Below are positions 16,936-27,667 of a stretch of 32,000 nucleotides of DNA, one piece after another (position 1 is the stretch's first letter; each line of letters begins with the position of its first letter). The translations under genes and the position numbers were made by a program. The notes beneath the pieces were generated by a model. It was not told the DNA's origin and did no database searches. It saw only the letters and a program-made list of their open reading frames with translations. Source of the DNA: Desulfurobacterium pacificum (GTDB taxonomy: Bacteria; Aquificota; Aquificia; Desulfurobacteriales; Desulfurobacteriaceae); contig NZ_FXUB01000001.1 in NCBI RefSeq assembly GCF_900182835.1, positions 676,945 through 708,944 of the forward strand. The letters run 5' to 3'.

Positions 16936-18546
16936 ATGGTTTACATCTACGATACAACATTAAGAGATGGCGCTCAGACAAGAGGAGTTTCATTCTCTTT
17001 AGAGGATAAACTGAGAATCACCCAAGCCCTTGATGATTTAGGAATTCACTACATAGAAGGCGGCTGGCCTGGCTCTAATCCCAAAGATTTAGCCTACTTT
17101 GATAAGGTTAAAAAACTAAACCTCAAAAATTCCAAAATTGTTGCGTTTTCTTCAACAAAAAGGAAAAAGATAAAAGTAGAAGAAGACCCTAACATCCAGC
17201 AATTAATAAAAACAGAAGTTCCGGCAGTGACGATATTCGGCAAATCTTGGGATTTACACGCAACAGAAGGTCTAAACATCACGTTAGAAGAAAACTTAGA
17301 GCTGATTTTTGAAACGATTAAATATCTGAAGAACTATTTTGACGAAGTATTTTTTGATGCAGAACACTTCTTTGACGGATACAAATCAAACCCAGAATAC
17401 GCAATAAAAACGTTAAAAGCAGCAGAAGAAGCAGGTGCTGACTGTTTGGTTCTATGCGATACAAACGGCGGAACGCTCTGGTACGAAACAGAAGAGATAA
17501 TAGACAACGTTTTAAAAGAAGTAAACACACCTTTAGGTATACACGCCCACAACGATGCAGATATGGCAGTGGTTAATTCTCTTATAGCTGTAAAAAAAGG
17601 AGCAATTCAGGTTCAAGGAACAATAAACGGTCTGGGAGAAAGAACCGGAAACGCCAACCTCTGCTCCATAATTCCAAACTTAGTCTTAAAAATGGGGATA
17701 AAGACAATCCCCGAAGAAAAACTCAAAAAACTATACGAAGTTTCAAGACTTGTATCCGAACTCTCTAACAGACCTCATCCTGTTAATTTGCCATACGTCG
17801 GCGATAACGCCTTTGCCCATAAAGCAGGCGTTCACGTTTCGGCAGTTGAGAAAAATCCAAAGATGTACGAACACATAGAACCCGAAAAGGTAGGCAACAG
17901 AAGAAAAATTATGATTTCAGAACTTTCAGGAAGAAGCAACGTAATAAGCAAAGCAAGAGAATTAGGAATAGAACTTTCAAAAGACGCTCCAGAAGTTAAG
18001 AAAATCCTCTCCCGCATCAAAGAATTGGAAGCAAAAGGCTACCACTTTGAAGGAGCAGAAGCTTCATTTGAACTTCTCTTAAAAGAAACTATGGGACTAA
18101 CGAAAAAATACTTTGAACTAAAAGGTTTCCGCGTTCTAACCGAAAAACGCTCCGAAAACGAAGAAGCCTACGCAGAAGCAACAATAAAGGTTGAAATACC
18201 GGAAGATGTTGCAAAAGAAAGGAACATAGAAGAAAGAGTAGAACACACAGCTGCAGAAGGCAGAGGTCCCGTTGAAGCTTTGGATAAAGCCCTGCGTAAA
18301 GCTTTAGAAAAGTTTTATCCATCAATAAAAGAAGTAAAACTTACAGACTATAAGGTGCGCATTCTCAACGAAGCAGCAGGAACAGAAGCATCGCCGAGAG
18401 TCCTTATAGAATCAACCGACGGCAAGAAAAAGTGGGGAACTGTAGGAGTATCACCGAACATCATAGAAGCCTCATGGCTCGCTTTAGTTGATGCGCTAAA
18501 ATACAAGCTAATGAAAGACGAAGAAGGGGAGGAATCTAATGGATGA
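16936..18546 (+). CDS. cimA: (R)-citramalate synthase
   Basis: [71 protein letters not shown]. The track start at 16891 is too early; ATG at 16936 is likely. Confidence 0.93.
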   Translation: MVYIYDTTLRDGAQTRGVSFSLEDKLRITQALDDLGIHYIEGGWPGSNPKDLAYFDKVKKLNLKNSKIVAFSSTKRKKIKVEEDPNIQQLIKTEVPAVTIFGKSWDLHATEGLNITLEENLELIFETIKYLKNYFDEVFFDAEHFFDGYKSNPEYAIKTLKAAEEAGADCLVLCDTNGGTLWYETEEIIDNVLKEVNTPLGIHAHNDADMAVVNSLIAVKKGAIQVQGTINGLGERTGNANLCSIIPNLVLKMGIKTIPEEKLKKLYEVSRLVSELSNRPHPVNLPYVGDNAFAHKAGVHVSAVEKNPKMYEHIEPEKVGNRRKIMISELSGRSNVISKARELGIELSKDAPEVKKILSRIKELEAKGYHFEGAEASFELLLKETMGLTKKYFELKGFRVLTEKRSENEEAYAEATIKVEIPEDVAKERNIEERVEHTAAEGRGPVEALDKALRKALEKFYPSIKEVKLTDYKVRILNEAAGTEASPRVLIESTDGKKKWGTVGVSPNIIEASWLALVDALKYKLMKDEEGEESNG

Positions 18547-19096
18547 AAAAACCAAAATATTGGGGGGAATAGGTTCTATATTATTAGTCTTGGGAATAAT
18601 CCCCTACATTGGCTTACTTTTTAGCTTAGTAGGTTTTATCTCGCTACTGATAGCCGTAAAGCAGATATCCAACCAATACAAAGATGAAAACATATTTCGC
18701 AACTTCTTAACCGGTTTCATCATAAATATAGCAGGGATGATAATAGCCATAGTAGCTGCAGTATCAACGTTCATCCCTTTTGCTTCACTTTCAAACATAG
18801 ACAAAGATACTGCCTTAGGGCTTGGCGCTATAGTAGGCATTTCAGTAGCTCTTTTAGTGTTTTATATAACTGCTGTAATTTCCGGACTACTCTTTAAAAA
18901 GGCTTTTGACTCTATAAGCAAAATCACTAACAACGACCTATTTGGATGGGCGGGGAACTTAATATTCTGGGGAAGTATAGCAATGATAATTCTTTTAGGG
19001 GGAATACTCATCTGGATTGGGTGGATTTTAGCTGCAATAGCCTTTTTTACCACAGAAACCAACAAGGATATAACCGAAACAGCAATAACACTTTAA
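18539..19096 (+). CDS. DUF996-like multi-TM membrane protein
   Basis: [54 protein letters not shown] pattern. Start overlaps the cimA stop. Confidence 0.7.
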   Translation: MDEKTKILGGIGSILLVLGIIPYIGLLFSLVGFISLLIAVKQISNQYKDENIFRNFLTGFIINIAGMIIAIVAAVSTFIPFASLSNIDKDTALGLGAIVGISVALLVFYITAVISGLLFKKAFDSISKITNNDLFGWAGNLIFWGSIAMIILLGGILIWIGWILAAIAFFTTETNKDITETAITL

Positions 19097-19101
19097 TAAA
19101 A

Positions 19102-19118
19102 GCCCCGCCAAGCGGGGC
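19102..19118 (-). terminator. Intrinsic-terminator-like hairpin, mainly for the bpsA direction
   Basis: GCCCCG-N5-CGGGGC followed on the minus strand by CTTTTATT. Confidence 0.65.
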
Positions 19119-19124
19119 GCAAAT

Positions 19125-20177
19125 TTAAGTAGTTGAACTTTCTGCATCGTTGTAAATATCGCCAACTATAGGCTCGTTAAACCCTTTAAATCCTCTAACA
19201 GTTTCAACTCTAAACTGTGTTGACCTATACCAGATATCTTCAGGCGCTTTCTTAACAGGTGTAAGCTGCCAGCCTCTCATCTCTTCGTAGTAATCCCAGT
19301 TAACGTATTCGTTGAAGTTGTGAATCAAGTCTGTAATCACGAGTCCCATATCAAGGAGAACCTTCTGAATTTTTCTCCACTTATCAAGAGAAGATTCCCT
19401 TCTCGTCACGCCAAAGTAACCTGCACACCTTTCAGCCTTTAACGTAGCAACGCCTCTACCTACAAAAGCCTTTATAGCTTCTACCGTTTCAGGAGGGTCA
19501 GTGAAGAAGGTATCGTAAGCACCTACAACATCTTCTGGTAAAGGCTGTCTCAAATCGTGAACTCTTGCATCAATTCCAAGGTTATACTTATCGGAAACCT
19601 CTTTAATGAAGTTTACAAGTCTTTCATCAATCTCAAGAATCGTAACCTTAGCTGGAAGTCCAGAAAGTGCAAGGGCAATACTCATAAGGTCATCATCACC
19701 TAAAACAACAACCTTCTTGCCTCTTAAATCTCCTCTACTATCGGCTAAAGCAACTCTTGCAAAGGTGTTTTCAGGCGTAACGTAACCTTGGTCAAACTGG
19801 TGAATAGCTGGCGGTCTCTCTTCTTGAATTTTCAAAAACTTTTCGTAAGCTTCTCTTAAATTGTCAATTACTACCCCTCTACCTTTACATCTTGGACAAA
19901 CGTGAGAAGCAAAAGCTTCTATCTTGGCTTTACGAGCAAGTTCTGCTCCAGCTTCTGTAAGGAGAATCTGGTCACCTTCAAAAGCCACAAGGTCATGCTT
20001 ATTAAGGAGCTTTAAAATTTCCGCTACCAACGGAAGTGGCTCATCAGAAAGGTCAACAATCTTCCAAAAATCGGAAGACGACATTACCGCTGCAATCACC
20101 TTCTCAACGCTTCTTGGATAGGCAGGAACTTGCGTGTTCTTCTCTGCCTCTCTTGCAATCTGCTCAAGTATCTCCAT
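19125..20177 (-). CDS. bpsA: Branched-chain polyamine synthase (N4-bis(aminopropyl)spermidine synthase)
   Basis: CPRCKGRG, KVVVLGDDDLMSIALALSG, FTDPPETVEAIKAFVGRG, and the C-terminal Asp/Glu-rich region. Confidence 0.88.
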   Translation of the reverse strand: MEILEQIAREAEKNTQVPAYPRSVEKVIAAVMSSSDFWKIVDLSDEPLPLVAEILKLLNKHDLVAFEGDQILLTEAGAELARKAKIEAFASHVCPRCKGRGVVIDNLREAYEKFLKIQEERPPAIHQFDQGYVTPENTFARVALADSRGDLRGKKVVVLGDDDLMSIALALSGLPAKVTILEIDERLVNFIKEVSDKYNLGIDARVHDLRQPLPEDVVGAYDTFFTDPPETVEAIKAFVGRGVATLKAERCAGYFGVTRRESSLDKWRKIQKVLLDMGLVITDLIHNFNEYVNWDYYEEMRGWQLTPVKKAPEDIWYRSTQFRVETVRGFKGFNEPIVGDIYNDAESSTT

Positions 20178-20179
20178 TT

Positions 20180-21055
20180 TTACTCCTCCTCATATACAAA
20201 GTTTGGTATCGCAAAAGCGCCATAATGGATTTCAGGATTGTAATACTTTAATTTCCCGTTCTCCTTAACAAACTTCCCGTAAGCCTCTCCTAAAGCTCCT
20301 GGGTTAACTCCCAGTGGGTCTAAAGAATTAGAAGCAAACGTAAAGCTCCACATACCAGAAGGGTATGTAGGGATAAATGCAAGGTAAGGTCTTACAACTT
20401 CAAAAACTTTTCTCAATTCATTAACAACCTGTTTATGAACTTTCCTCTGTGCAAAAGGCGATTCAGATTGAGTAACGAAAACTCCGTTTTCTTTCAAAGC
20501 TTTCAAACAATCTCTATAAAATTCTTCCTCATACAAAACTTTTGAAGGTCCTATAGGGTCAGAACAATCAACAATTATGGCATCATATTCGTTTTCCTTA
20601 CCCTTAACAAACTCCCTGCCATCGTCAAAAATTAAATTAACCCTCTCATCTTCAAGTTTATTAGCTATAGAAGGAAACTCCTTCTTTGCAACTTCTACAA
20701 CTTCCCTGTCTATCTCCACCATATCAATCTGCTTAACTCCATGCTTCAAGGCTTCTCTAACAGTCCCACCATCTCCTCCACCTATAATCAACACTTTTTC
20801 AGGAGAAGAGTTCATCGTAAAAAACGCAGGATGAACTATCATTTCGTGATATATAAATTCATCTCTCTCCGTAGTCTGAACTGCACCATCCAACACCAAC
20901 ATCTTCCCAAAATCCACAGTATTTAAAACCAATACTTCCTGAAAAGGAGTTCTAAAAGAAAAAGCCTCTGTAACTTTAAACGTCAGTCCCGTTCCTTGAA
21001 GCTCCATACCTTCACCGCTGTAATATTCCGTAAACCAAAGCATCTTTACCCCCAA
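20180..21055 (-). CDS. speE: Spermidine synthase-family aminopropyltransferase
   Basis: MLWFTEYYSGEGMELQGTGLTFKV, MLVLDGAVQTTERDEFIYHEMIVHP, VLIIGGGDGGTVREALKH, DCSDPIGP. Confidence 0.95.
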   Translation of the reverse strand: MGVKMLWFTEYYSGEGMELQGTGLTFKVTEAFSFRTPFQEVLVLNTVDFGKMLVLDGAVQTTERDEFIYHEMIVHPAFFTMNSSPEKVLIIGGGDGGTVREALKHGVKQIDMVEIDREVVEVAKKEFPSIANKLEDERVNLIFDDGREFVKGKENEYDAIIVDCSDPIGPSKVLYEEEFYRDCLKALKENGVFVTQSESPFAQRKVHKQVVNELRKVFEVVRPYLAFIPTYPSGMWSFTFASNSLDPLGVNPGALGEAYGKFVKENGKLKYYNPEIHYGAFAIPNFVYEEE

Positions 21056-21849
21056 AATTTCAGAATAAGCTCTCTAACAACCTTAGCAGCCAAAGCTTGC
21101 GTAATTCCAGAAGGGTCGTAAGGAGGAGAAACTTCTACAACATCAAAACCAACAAACTTTACGGCAGGTAATTTATAAATAGCTTCAAAGAATTCAAGCG
21201 GAGAAAATCCCCCCACCTCCGGCGTCCCCGTTCCAGGCGCAAAAGCAGGGTCAAAAAAGTCAATATCAACAGTAAAATAAACAGGTAATCTTTCATTTAT
21301 CAACACGTCAGCAAGCTCTTTAGGAGTTTTAAGGTAAGTAATCCTTTCACAACTTCTCATAAGCTCAAATTCCTCCTTAGTTCCGCTCCTTATCCCCACC
21401 TGAATCAACTTACACCCAAGCTCCAAAATCCTTCTCATAACGCAAGCATGAGAAAACTTCGTCCCCAAATACTCATCTCTCAAATCAGCATGCGCATCAA
21501 ACTGAACAACACAAAGCTCTCCATACCTTTCAACTAAAGATTTCACAACAGGATAGGTAACGGAATGCTCTCCCCCAAGCATAACCGGATACTTAACGTC
21601 CTTCATAAAAGCCGTAACAGACTCAACCATACCCTCAACAGTAACGCCGCACTCAACGTTACCTGCATCAACGAAATCAAGGTCTTCAAGACTCTTATCA
21701 AGCTCGGGGCTATAATCCTCTAAATTCTCCGAAAAAAACCTTATACCATCAGGAGCAAAGCGCGCCCCCGGTCTAAAGCAAGTTGTAGAATCAAAAGGAA
21801 TACCGAACAAAACAATATCTCCCCCTTTAGAAGCACACAAAAACTTCAT
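21046..21849 (-). CDS. speB: Agmatinase-family ureohydrolase
   Basis: GGEHSVTYP, VVQFDAHADLRDEYLG, FTVDIDFFDPAFAPGTGTPE, metal-binding motifs. Confidence 0.92.
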   Translation of the reverse strand: MKFLCASKGGDIVLFGIPFDSTTCFRPGARFAPDGIRFFSENLEDYSPELDKSLEDLDFVDAGNVECGVTVEGMVESVTAFMKDVKYPVMLGGEHSVTYPVVKSLVERYGELCVVQFDAHADLRDEYLGTKFSHACVMRRILELGCKLIQVGIRSGTKEEFELMRSCERITYLKTPKELADVLINERLPVYFTVDIDFFDPAFAPGTGTPEVGGFSPLEFFEAIYKLPAVKFVGFDVVEVSPPYDPSGITQALAAKVVRELILKFWG

Positions 21850-21897
21850 GAATCGCTCCTTAATGGTAGAATTACAAAAATCGTATTGGATTAAAGG

Positions 21898-22560
21898 ATG
21901 GAATTCAAGCTTAGAGGAACAAACGTAATAGCAATAGAGCTCATAGCAGATAACATCAATTTCAATGTAGAAAGAATAAAACAGTTCATATCAGAGAAAA
22001 AACAACTCCTCAAAGGAAGCAGATTTGTAATTTCAATAGAAGACTACGTTTTAACCGAAGCAGAACTTGACTCCCTAATAAACTTCCTCAAGCAAACTGA
22101 AGAAATCACATTTTGCGGGTTTAAAACAAACAAAAAAGAAAACAGAGAACTCTGCATAAAGAAAGGAATTCCCTGCGATATGTCCAGTATGGAATTGGAA
22201 AAACTCAAAGAGCGTTCCCCAACAGAAGAAATTAAATTCATCAGAAAAACATTACGTTCAGGTGATAAAATATCATCATCAGGTGATATTGTTATAATGG
22301 GAAATGTAAATCCGGGGGCGGAGGTAGAAGCAGGAGGAAACGTTTACGTTATGGGTGACCTGAGGGGGACAGTAAAAGCTGGAATAGGAAAAACTGAGGG
22401 AGAGGTTAAAGCCCTATTTTTCCAAGCGCCCAGGCTGGAAATCTGCGGTAAGGAATTTACCTTTGATAGAAAAGAAAAATATCTAAACTTTAAAGCAAAA
22501 GTTAAAGGAAATCAGCAAAGTATAAACTACTACAAAGATAGGAAGGGGAAAAATGGCTGA
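21898..22560 (+). CDS. minC: Septum site-determining protein MinC
   Basis: C-terminal beta-helix motif RSGDKISSSGDIVIMGNVNPGAEVEAGGNVYVMGDLRGTVKAG. Directly followed by minD and minE. Confidence 0.93.
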   Translation: MEFKLRGTNVIAIELIADNINFNVERIKQFISEKKQLLKGSRFVISIEDYVLTEAELDSLINFLKQTEEITFCGFKTNKKENRELCIKKGIPCDMSSMELEKLKERSPTEEIKFIRKTLRSGDKISSSGDIVIMGNVNPGAEVEAGGNVYVMGDLRGTVKAGIGKTEGEVKALFFQAPRLEICGKEFTFDRKEKYLNFKAKVKGNQQSINYYKDRKGKNG

Positions 22561-23353
22561 TAAAGTAATCTGCATTACATCAGGAAAGGGAGGAGTTGGC
22601 AAAAGTACAGTAACAGGAAACTTAGCGACAGCTTTAGCAGCAAAAGGTTATAAAGTAGTTGCAATAGACGCAGATATCGGTTTGAGAAACCTTGACCTTA
22701 TATTAGGACTTGAAAACAGAATAGTTTACGACATCGTCCACGTTATAGAAGGGGTCTGCCCCGTTGAAAAAGCGCTGGTAAAAGATAAAAGAACGAAAAA
22801 TCTTTACCTGCTTCCAGCAGCTCAAACAAAAGATAAAAGCGCAGTCAAACCTGAAGACTTAGTTGCAATCGTCGAAGCTTTAAGGGACAAATTTGACTTC
22901 ATATTTATAGATTCCCCGGCAGGTATAGAAGAAGGATTTAAAACAGCAGTCACGCCTGCAGACACAGTAATAGTAGTTGCAAACCCAGAAATGGCGTCAA
23001 TAAGAGACGCAGACAGAGTAACCGGTCTTTGCAGTGCAATGGGAAAACCGGAACCCAAGTTAATAGTAAACAGGCTTGACCCCAAAAAAGTAGAAAAAGG
23101 AGACATGTTAGATGCAGAAGACGTCGTTCAAATATTAGGACTTGAACTTATAGGTATTGTTCCAGAAGATAAAGATATGGTTTCATACATAAACAGAGGA
23201 GAACCTGCCGTCTTATCCGAAACTTCAATAGCAGGAAAAGCCCTAAGAAATATAGCTGAAAGACTTTTGGGCAAAGAAGTTCCCTTCCTTGAACTGAAAG
23301 CAGAAGGAGAAGGATTCTTTAACAAATTGAAGAAACTCTTCGGGGGAGATTAA
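22553..23353 (+). CDS. minD: Septum site-determining protein MinD
   Basis: VICITSGKGGVGKSTVTGNLATALAAKGYKVVAIDADIGLRNLDLILGLENR. Confidence 0.97.
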   Translation: MADKVICITSGKGGVGKSTVTGNLATALAAKGYKVVAIDADIGLRNLDLILGLENRIVYDIVHVIEGVCPVEKALVKDKRTKNLYLLPAAQTKDKSAVKPEDLVAIVEALRDKFDFIFIDSPAGIEEGFKTAVTPADTVIVVANPEMASIRDADRVTGLCSAMGKPEPKLIVNRLDPKKVEKGDMLDAEDVVQILGLELIGIVPEDKDMVSYINRGEPAVLSETSIAGKALRNIAERLLGKEVPFLELKAEGEGFFNKLKKLFGGD

Positions 23354-23356
23354 AGA

Positions 23357-23614
23357 ATGGGGTTTATGGATAGATTAAAAGAAGCTTTCGGGAAGCCACC
23401 AGCAAAGGAAGTTGCAAGGCAAAGACTTCAACTAATCCTAAAGTACGATAGAGCTGGTCTACCTCCAAACGCCATTAATGCAGTAAAAGATGCCATACTC
23501 AACGCATTAAAGGATTTCCCTTTCATAGACGCCTCAGGAGTAACAATCAATATATCTGAAGGGGATACAGACAGAGAAAAAATAGAGATAGAAGTCCCCG
23601 TAAAAAACAGCTAA
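23357..23614 (+). CDS. minE: Cell division topological specificity factor MinE
   Basis: AKERLQLIL-like KEVARQRLQLILKYDRAGL, located after minD. Confidence 0.92.
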   Translation: MGFMDRLKEAFGKPPAKEVARQRLQLILKYDRAGLPPNAINAVKDAILNALKDFPFIDASGVTINISEGDTDREKIEIEVPVKNS

Positions 23615-23618
23615 AAAT

Positions 23619-23642
23619 AAAAAGCCCCCAAACGGGGGCTTT
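23619..23642. terminator. Bidirectional intrinsic terminator between minE and rplQ
   Basis: AAAAGCCCCC-AAAC-GGGGGCTTTT-like perfect inverted repeat with A/T flanks, between convergent genes. Confidence 0.8.
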
Positions 23643-23666
23643 AATTCCTACATACATTCTCAATAA

Positions 23667-24044
23667 TTATTCAGCAGCTTCCTCTTTTTCCTCAACCAAC
23701 ATAACGATAGCTGTAGGAGCAGCATCACCCTTTCTGTAATCGTAGTGGAAGAACCTCGTATATCCACCGTTTCTGTTTTTATACCTTGGCGCTATTTCGT
23801 TAACAACTTTGTAAGCAACGTCCTTTCTCGTAACAATTCTTAACACTTCTCTTATCGCTTTTACCTTATCTTCCTGCTTACCCTTAGTTATTACCTTATC
23901 TGCAAGCCTCCTGAGCTCCTTAGCCCTTGCAACAGTAGTAACTACCTTCCCATGCTCCATAAGGTCTGTAACCAAGTTTCTAAGCATCAACATTCTATGT
24001 TCAGTAGGTCTTCCTAACTTCTTTCCTTTCACTCTATGTCTCAT
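23667..24044 (-). CDS. rplQ: Ribosomal protein L17 (bL17)
   Basis: MRHRVKGKKLGRPTEHRMLMLRNLVTDLMEHGKV. Confidence 0.97.
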   Translation of the reverse strand: MRHRVKGKKLGRPTEHRMLMLRNLVTDLMEHGKVVTTVARAKELRRLADKVITKGKQEDKVKAIREVLRIVTRKDVAYKVVNEIAPRYKNRNGGYTRFFHYDYRKGDAAPTAIVMLVEEKEEAAE

Positions 24045-25009
24045 TCTTTCCCACCTCCAAGCTCAAATCCGAGAGAAGCTAAGAATTTCTCTATCTCTGC
24101 AAGAGATTTCTTACCAAGACCCTTCATGCTTTCAAGCTCTTTCTTGGTAAGCTTGAGAAGGTCCCCTACGGTCTCTATACCGTTATCCATAAGCACTTTA
24201 AGCGCTCTCCCTTTAAGTCCAGCTTCTTCAAGCGTTTGAGAATAAACTTCTGGTTTTTCTTCCTCTTTCGCTTCTTCAACCTGAACTGTAGCAAATATAG
24301 CCTCAACCAATTTATCTCTAATAGTAGAGAAGTGTTCTATAAGTATGTTAGATGCCCTAACAACAGCATCTTTCGGAGAAATACTGCCGTCGGTCCAGAT
24401 TTCCATAGTAAGTTTGTTATAGTCGGTTCTTCTTCCAACCCTCGTATCCTCTACCTTAAAGGCAACCTTTTTTATAGGAGAAAAGTCTGCATCTAAAGGT
24501 ATCCAGCCTATTGTAGAGATATCAAAAATCTCCTGAATATCTTCAGAAAGGACAAAACCCTTCCCTTTGTCTATCCTGAGATGTATCTCTATCTCTGAAT
24601 TCTCATTGTCAAGAGTAGCTATCTCAATATCGGGCGTTAAAAGTTCAACTTGAGATGGAAGTTCAAAATCTTTAGCGTAAACCTTTCCTGGTCCTTTCTT
24701 TTTCAACTCAATAAACACAGGACCTTCTCCATGAAGAACAAACCTTAACTGCTTGAGATTAATAACTATCTCTGTTACATCTTCCACAACGCCAGGAAGA
24801 GTGGTAAATTCGTGGTAAGCACCCTCAAACTTTACCGCAGTAGGAGCTGCCCCTTCAATAGAAGAGAGAAGAACTCTCCTGAGAGCGTTACCGATGGTAG
24901 TTCCGTAGCCCTTCTCAAGAGGTTCAACTACGAATCTACCGTAGGTATTGGAATGTTCCTCCCAGACGAACTTCTCAGGAGTTATAAACTCAACCATTAT
25001 TTCCTCCAA
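24041..25009 (-). CDS. rpoA: RNA polymerase subunit alpha
   Basis: YGRFVVEPLEKGYGTTIGNALRRVLLSSIEGAA and alpha-CTD GLKGRALKVLMDNGIETVGDLLKLTKKEL. Confidence 0.98.
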   Translation of the reverse strand: MEEIMVEFITPEKFVWEEHSNTYGRFVVEPLEKGYGTTIGNALRRVLLSSIEGAAPTAVKFEGAYHEFTTLPGVVEDVTEIVINLKQLRFVLHGEGPVFIELKKKGPGKVYAKDFELPSQVELLTPDIEIATLDNENSEIEIHLRIDKGKGFVLSEDIQEIFDISTIGWIPLDADFSPIKKVAFKVEDTRVGRRTDYNKLTMEIWTDGSISPKDAVVRASNILIEHFSTIRDKLVEAIFATVQVEEAKEEEKPEVYSQTLEEAGLKGRALKVLMDNGIETVGDLLKLTKKELESMKGLGKKSLAEIEKFLASLGFELGGGKE

Positions 25010-25023
25010 TTTACAGTTAGCTA

Positions 25024-25650
25024 TTACTTGGAGTAAAGCTCAACGATTAGGTGTTCTTGAACAGGAATCTCTACTTCATCCCTTGTAGGTTCTGCCTTGA
25101 CAACTCCTTTAAAGTTTTCAGCGTCAAGTTCAAGCCAGGATGGAATACCTCTCCTCTGAGCAAGTTCAATACCTTCCTTAATTTGAGGAATATCTCTACT
25201 CTTTTCCTTTACTTCAATCACATCTCCAGGCTTTACAAGATAAGAAGGTCTATCAACTTTCTGCCCGTTAACCAAAATGTGACCGTGAACAACAAGCTGA
25301 CGGGCATGGCGGTGAGACTTACCAAAACCAAGCCTGTAAACCACGTTATCAAGTCTACTTTCAAGAAGTTTCAACAGGTTTTCACCTGTCTGTCCTCTCA
25401 TGCGCTCAGCCATTTCGTAGAAACGTCTAAACTGCCTTTCCCTTACGCCGTAGTAATACTTAACTTTCTGCTTCTCCATAAGCTGACGGGCGTAGTAGGA
25501 AATCTTTCTACGAGAACGACCGTGCTGCCCAGGAGGATAAGGTCTTCTATCGGTAATCGCCTTACCTTTTTGTGACTTTTCTTCACCAACGTATATGTTA
25601 ACGCCAAGACGCCTTGCAATACGCCACTTAGGACCTGTATATCTTCCCAT
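25024..25650 (-). CDS. rpsD: Ribosomal protein S4 (uS4)
   Basis: [27 protein letters not shown], and an S4 domain. Confidence 0.98.
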   Translation of the reverse strand: MGRYTGPKWRIARRLGVNIYVGEEKSQKGKAITDRRPYPPGQHGRSRRKISYYARQLMEKQKVKYYYGVRERQFRRFYEMAERMRGQTGENLLKLLESRLDNVVYRLGFGKSHRHARQLVVHGHILVNGQKVDRPSYLVKPGDVIEVKEKSRDIPQIKEGIELAQRRGIPSWLELDAENFKGVVKAEPTRDEVEIPVQEHLIVELYSK

Positions 25651-25662
25651 TTACTACCTCCA

Positions 25663-26055
25663 TTACACTCTTCTTCTTTTTGGTGGTCTACAGCCATCGT
25701 GAGGAATAGGAGTAACGTCCTTAATAGCTTTCACGTTAAGTCCTGTAGCAGCAATAGCTTTTATGGCTGTTTCTCTACCACCACCGTTACCCTTAATTCT
25801 TATCTCTACGTCTTTAACTCCAAACTCTTTCATGGCTCTCTCTGCAGCCTTTGTAGCAGCAAGCTGTGCAGCGTAAGGTGTACTCTTTCTCGTTCCCTTA
25901 AAGCCCACAGTACCGCCGCTTTCCCAGCAGAGAGTATTTCCTTCCTTATCTGTAAAGGTAACAATAGTATTGTTAAAAGTCGTCTGGATGTGTGCTATCG
26001 CAAAACCAACCGTTCTTTTCTGCTTCTTTTTGGAACCTTTTCTGGCTCTTGCCAT
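25663..26055 (-). CDS. rpsK: Ribosomal protein S11 (uS11)
   Basis: [42 protein letters not shown]. Confidence 0.98.
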   Translation of the reverse strand: MARARKGSKKKQKRTVGFAIAHIQTTFNNTIVTFTDKEGNTLCWESGGTVGFKGTRKSTPYAAQLAATKAAERAMKEFGVKDVEIRIKGNGGGRETAIKAIAATGLNVKAIKDVTPIPHDGCRPPKRRRV

Positions 26056-26072
26056 TAATTACCTCCTAATAA

Positions 26073-26453
26073 TTACTTCTTAGGTGCTTTTTTCTTACCA
26101 GCAACAGTCTTCCTCGGACCTTTACGCGTTCTTGCGTTCGTTCTCGTTCTCTGACCTCTCACAGGAAGTCCAAGTCTGTGGCGTACTCCTCTATAACATC
26201 CAATTTCAATAAGTCTTTTGATATTCATAGCAATTTCTTTCCTGAGGTCACCCTCAACCTTGTACTCAGTTTCTATAATTTTCCTTATTTTGGCTATCTC
26301 TTCTTCCGTAAGGTCTTTAACCCTTTTTTCAGGGTCAATACCGGCTTTTTCGCAAATCTTAAAACCGGACTTAATACCAATACCGTAAATGTAAGCCAAA
26401 GAGTAAGGAACCTTTTTGTTATCAGGAATATCTACTCCTGCTATCCTTGCCAC
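26073..26453 (-). CDS. rpsM: Ribosomal protein S13 (uS13)
   Basis: [49 protein letters not shown]. Confidence 0.98.
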   Translation of the reverse strand: MARIAGVDIPDNKKVPYSLAYIYGIGIKSGFKICEKAGIDPEKRVKDLTEEEIAKIRKIIETEYKVEGDLRKEIAMNIKRLIEIGCYRGVRHRLGLPVRGQRTRTNARTRKGPRKTVAGKKKAPKK

Positions 26454-26464
26454 CTCTTTCCTCC

Positions 26465-26581
26465 TTATTTACCCTGTCTTTGTTTGTGCTTTGGGTTTTC
26501 ACAAATAACTCTTACAACACCTTTCCTCTTGATAATTTTGCACTTTGGACAAATCTTCTTCACAGATGGTCTTACCTTCAT
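26465..26581 (-). CDS. rpmJ: Ribosomal protein L36 (bL36), missing from the ORF track because it is short
   Basis: Manual translation [38 protein letters not shown]. Confidence 0.96.
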   Translation of the reverse strand: MKVRPSVKKICPKCKIIKRKGVVRVICENPKHKQRQGK

Positions 26582-26639
26582 CTGTTACCTCTCTAAACGT
26601 TTTTTCGTGTGCCTTCAGCCGCGGTATATAAAGGGACGG

Positions 26640-26858
26640 TTAGCCTTTCCTAAATACTATTCTTCCTCTCGTCAAGTCGTAAGGACTTAGCTCAACGACC
26701 ACACGGTCGCCTGGCAAAATTCTAATAAAATGAACCCTCATTTTCCCTGAAGCGTGAGCCAGAACCTGATGACCGTTATCAAGCTCAACCTTAAAATAGG
26801 CGTTGGGAAGTGCTTCTACTACTTTACCTTCAACCTGTATTCCTTTTTCTTTAGCCAT
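26640..26858 (-). CDS. infA: Translation initiation factor IF-1
   Basis: [47 protein letters not shown]. Confidence 0.97.
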   Translation of the reverse strand: MAKEKGIQVEGKVVEALPNAYFKVELDNGHQVLAHASGKMRVHFIRILPGDRVVVELSPYDLTRGRIVFRKG

Positions 26859-26884
26859 AAATACAACTCCGTAAAACGTTCTTT

Positions 26885-27667
26885 TTAAATTGCGGACATA
26901 ATTATAGTCCCTTCTTCAGTAATAGCAACATCGTGTTCAAAGTGAGCAGATAACTTCCCATCTTTAGTCACGACAGTCCATTTATCTCTTTTTACCTTTA
27001 CTTTACCTGTTCCTTCATTTACCATAGGCTCAATGGCAAACGTCATACCAGGCTCTAAAGTAATATCCGGATAACCTCTATAAACGTAATTCGTTATCTG
27101 AGGCTCTTCATGAAGAGAACGACCTATGCCGTGACCAGCATACCCTCTTGTAACGTTAAAACCATGAGATTCCACAAACTTCTGAATTGTTCTGGATATA
27201 TCTATAAGTTTCCCACCAGCCTTTGCTGCTTCAATACCTTTATATAGGGCTTCCCTCGTTACATCAATAAGCTTCTGGGCAGTTTCACTTATCTTTCCTA
27301 CAGGAACTGTTACAGCTACATCACCTATCCAACCATTAACAACAGCTCCAAAATCAAGACTAACTATGTCACCTTCTTTAAAAACCTTCTTTTTAGTCGG
27401 CAATCCATGTACTACTTCTTCATTAACCGAAACACAGATAGCACCGGGAAATCCACCGTATCCCAAAAAGGCAGGTTTAACTCCATACTCTTTGCAATAA
27501 CTACGGGTAAGTTTATCTATATCCAAAGCTGTTATTCCAGGAGCAACCTGCTCTGCAACTCTTAGGAGAATTTCCATAGTAGTAGCCGCTGCTGTTCTTA
27601 AAGCGGCTATCTCCTCAGGAGATTTTAGAATAATCCCATGCTTATTTTTCTTTAACGTCTTAACCAT
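26885..27667 (-). CDS. map: Methionine aminopeptidase type I
   Basis: [47 protein letters not shown]. Confidence 0.97.
   Translation of the reverse strand: MVKTLKKNKHGIILKSPEEIAALRTAAATTMEILLRVAEQVAPGITALDIDKLTRSYCKEYGVKPAFLGYGGFPGAICVSVNEEVVHGLPTKKKVFKEGDIVSLDFGAVVNGWIGDVAVTVPVGKISETAQKLIDVTREALYKGIEAAKAGGKLIDISRTIQKFVESHGFNVTRGYAGHGIGRSLHEEPQITNYVYRGYPDITLEPGMTFAIEPMVNEGTGKVKVKRDKWTVVTKDGKLSAHFEHDVAITEEGTIIMSAI

Noticed and set aside
17094-20251. Antisense ORFs in cimA, the DUF996-like gene and bpsA (17094-17282, 17318-17552, 17832-18325, 18604-19128, 19924-20251)
   Set aside because: Overlap confident genes and have biased composition.
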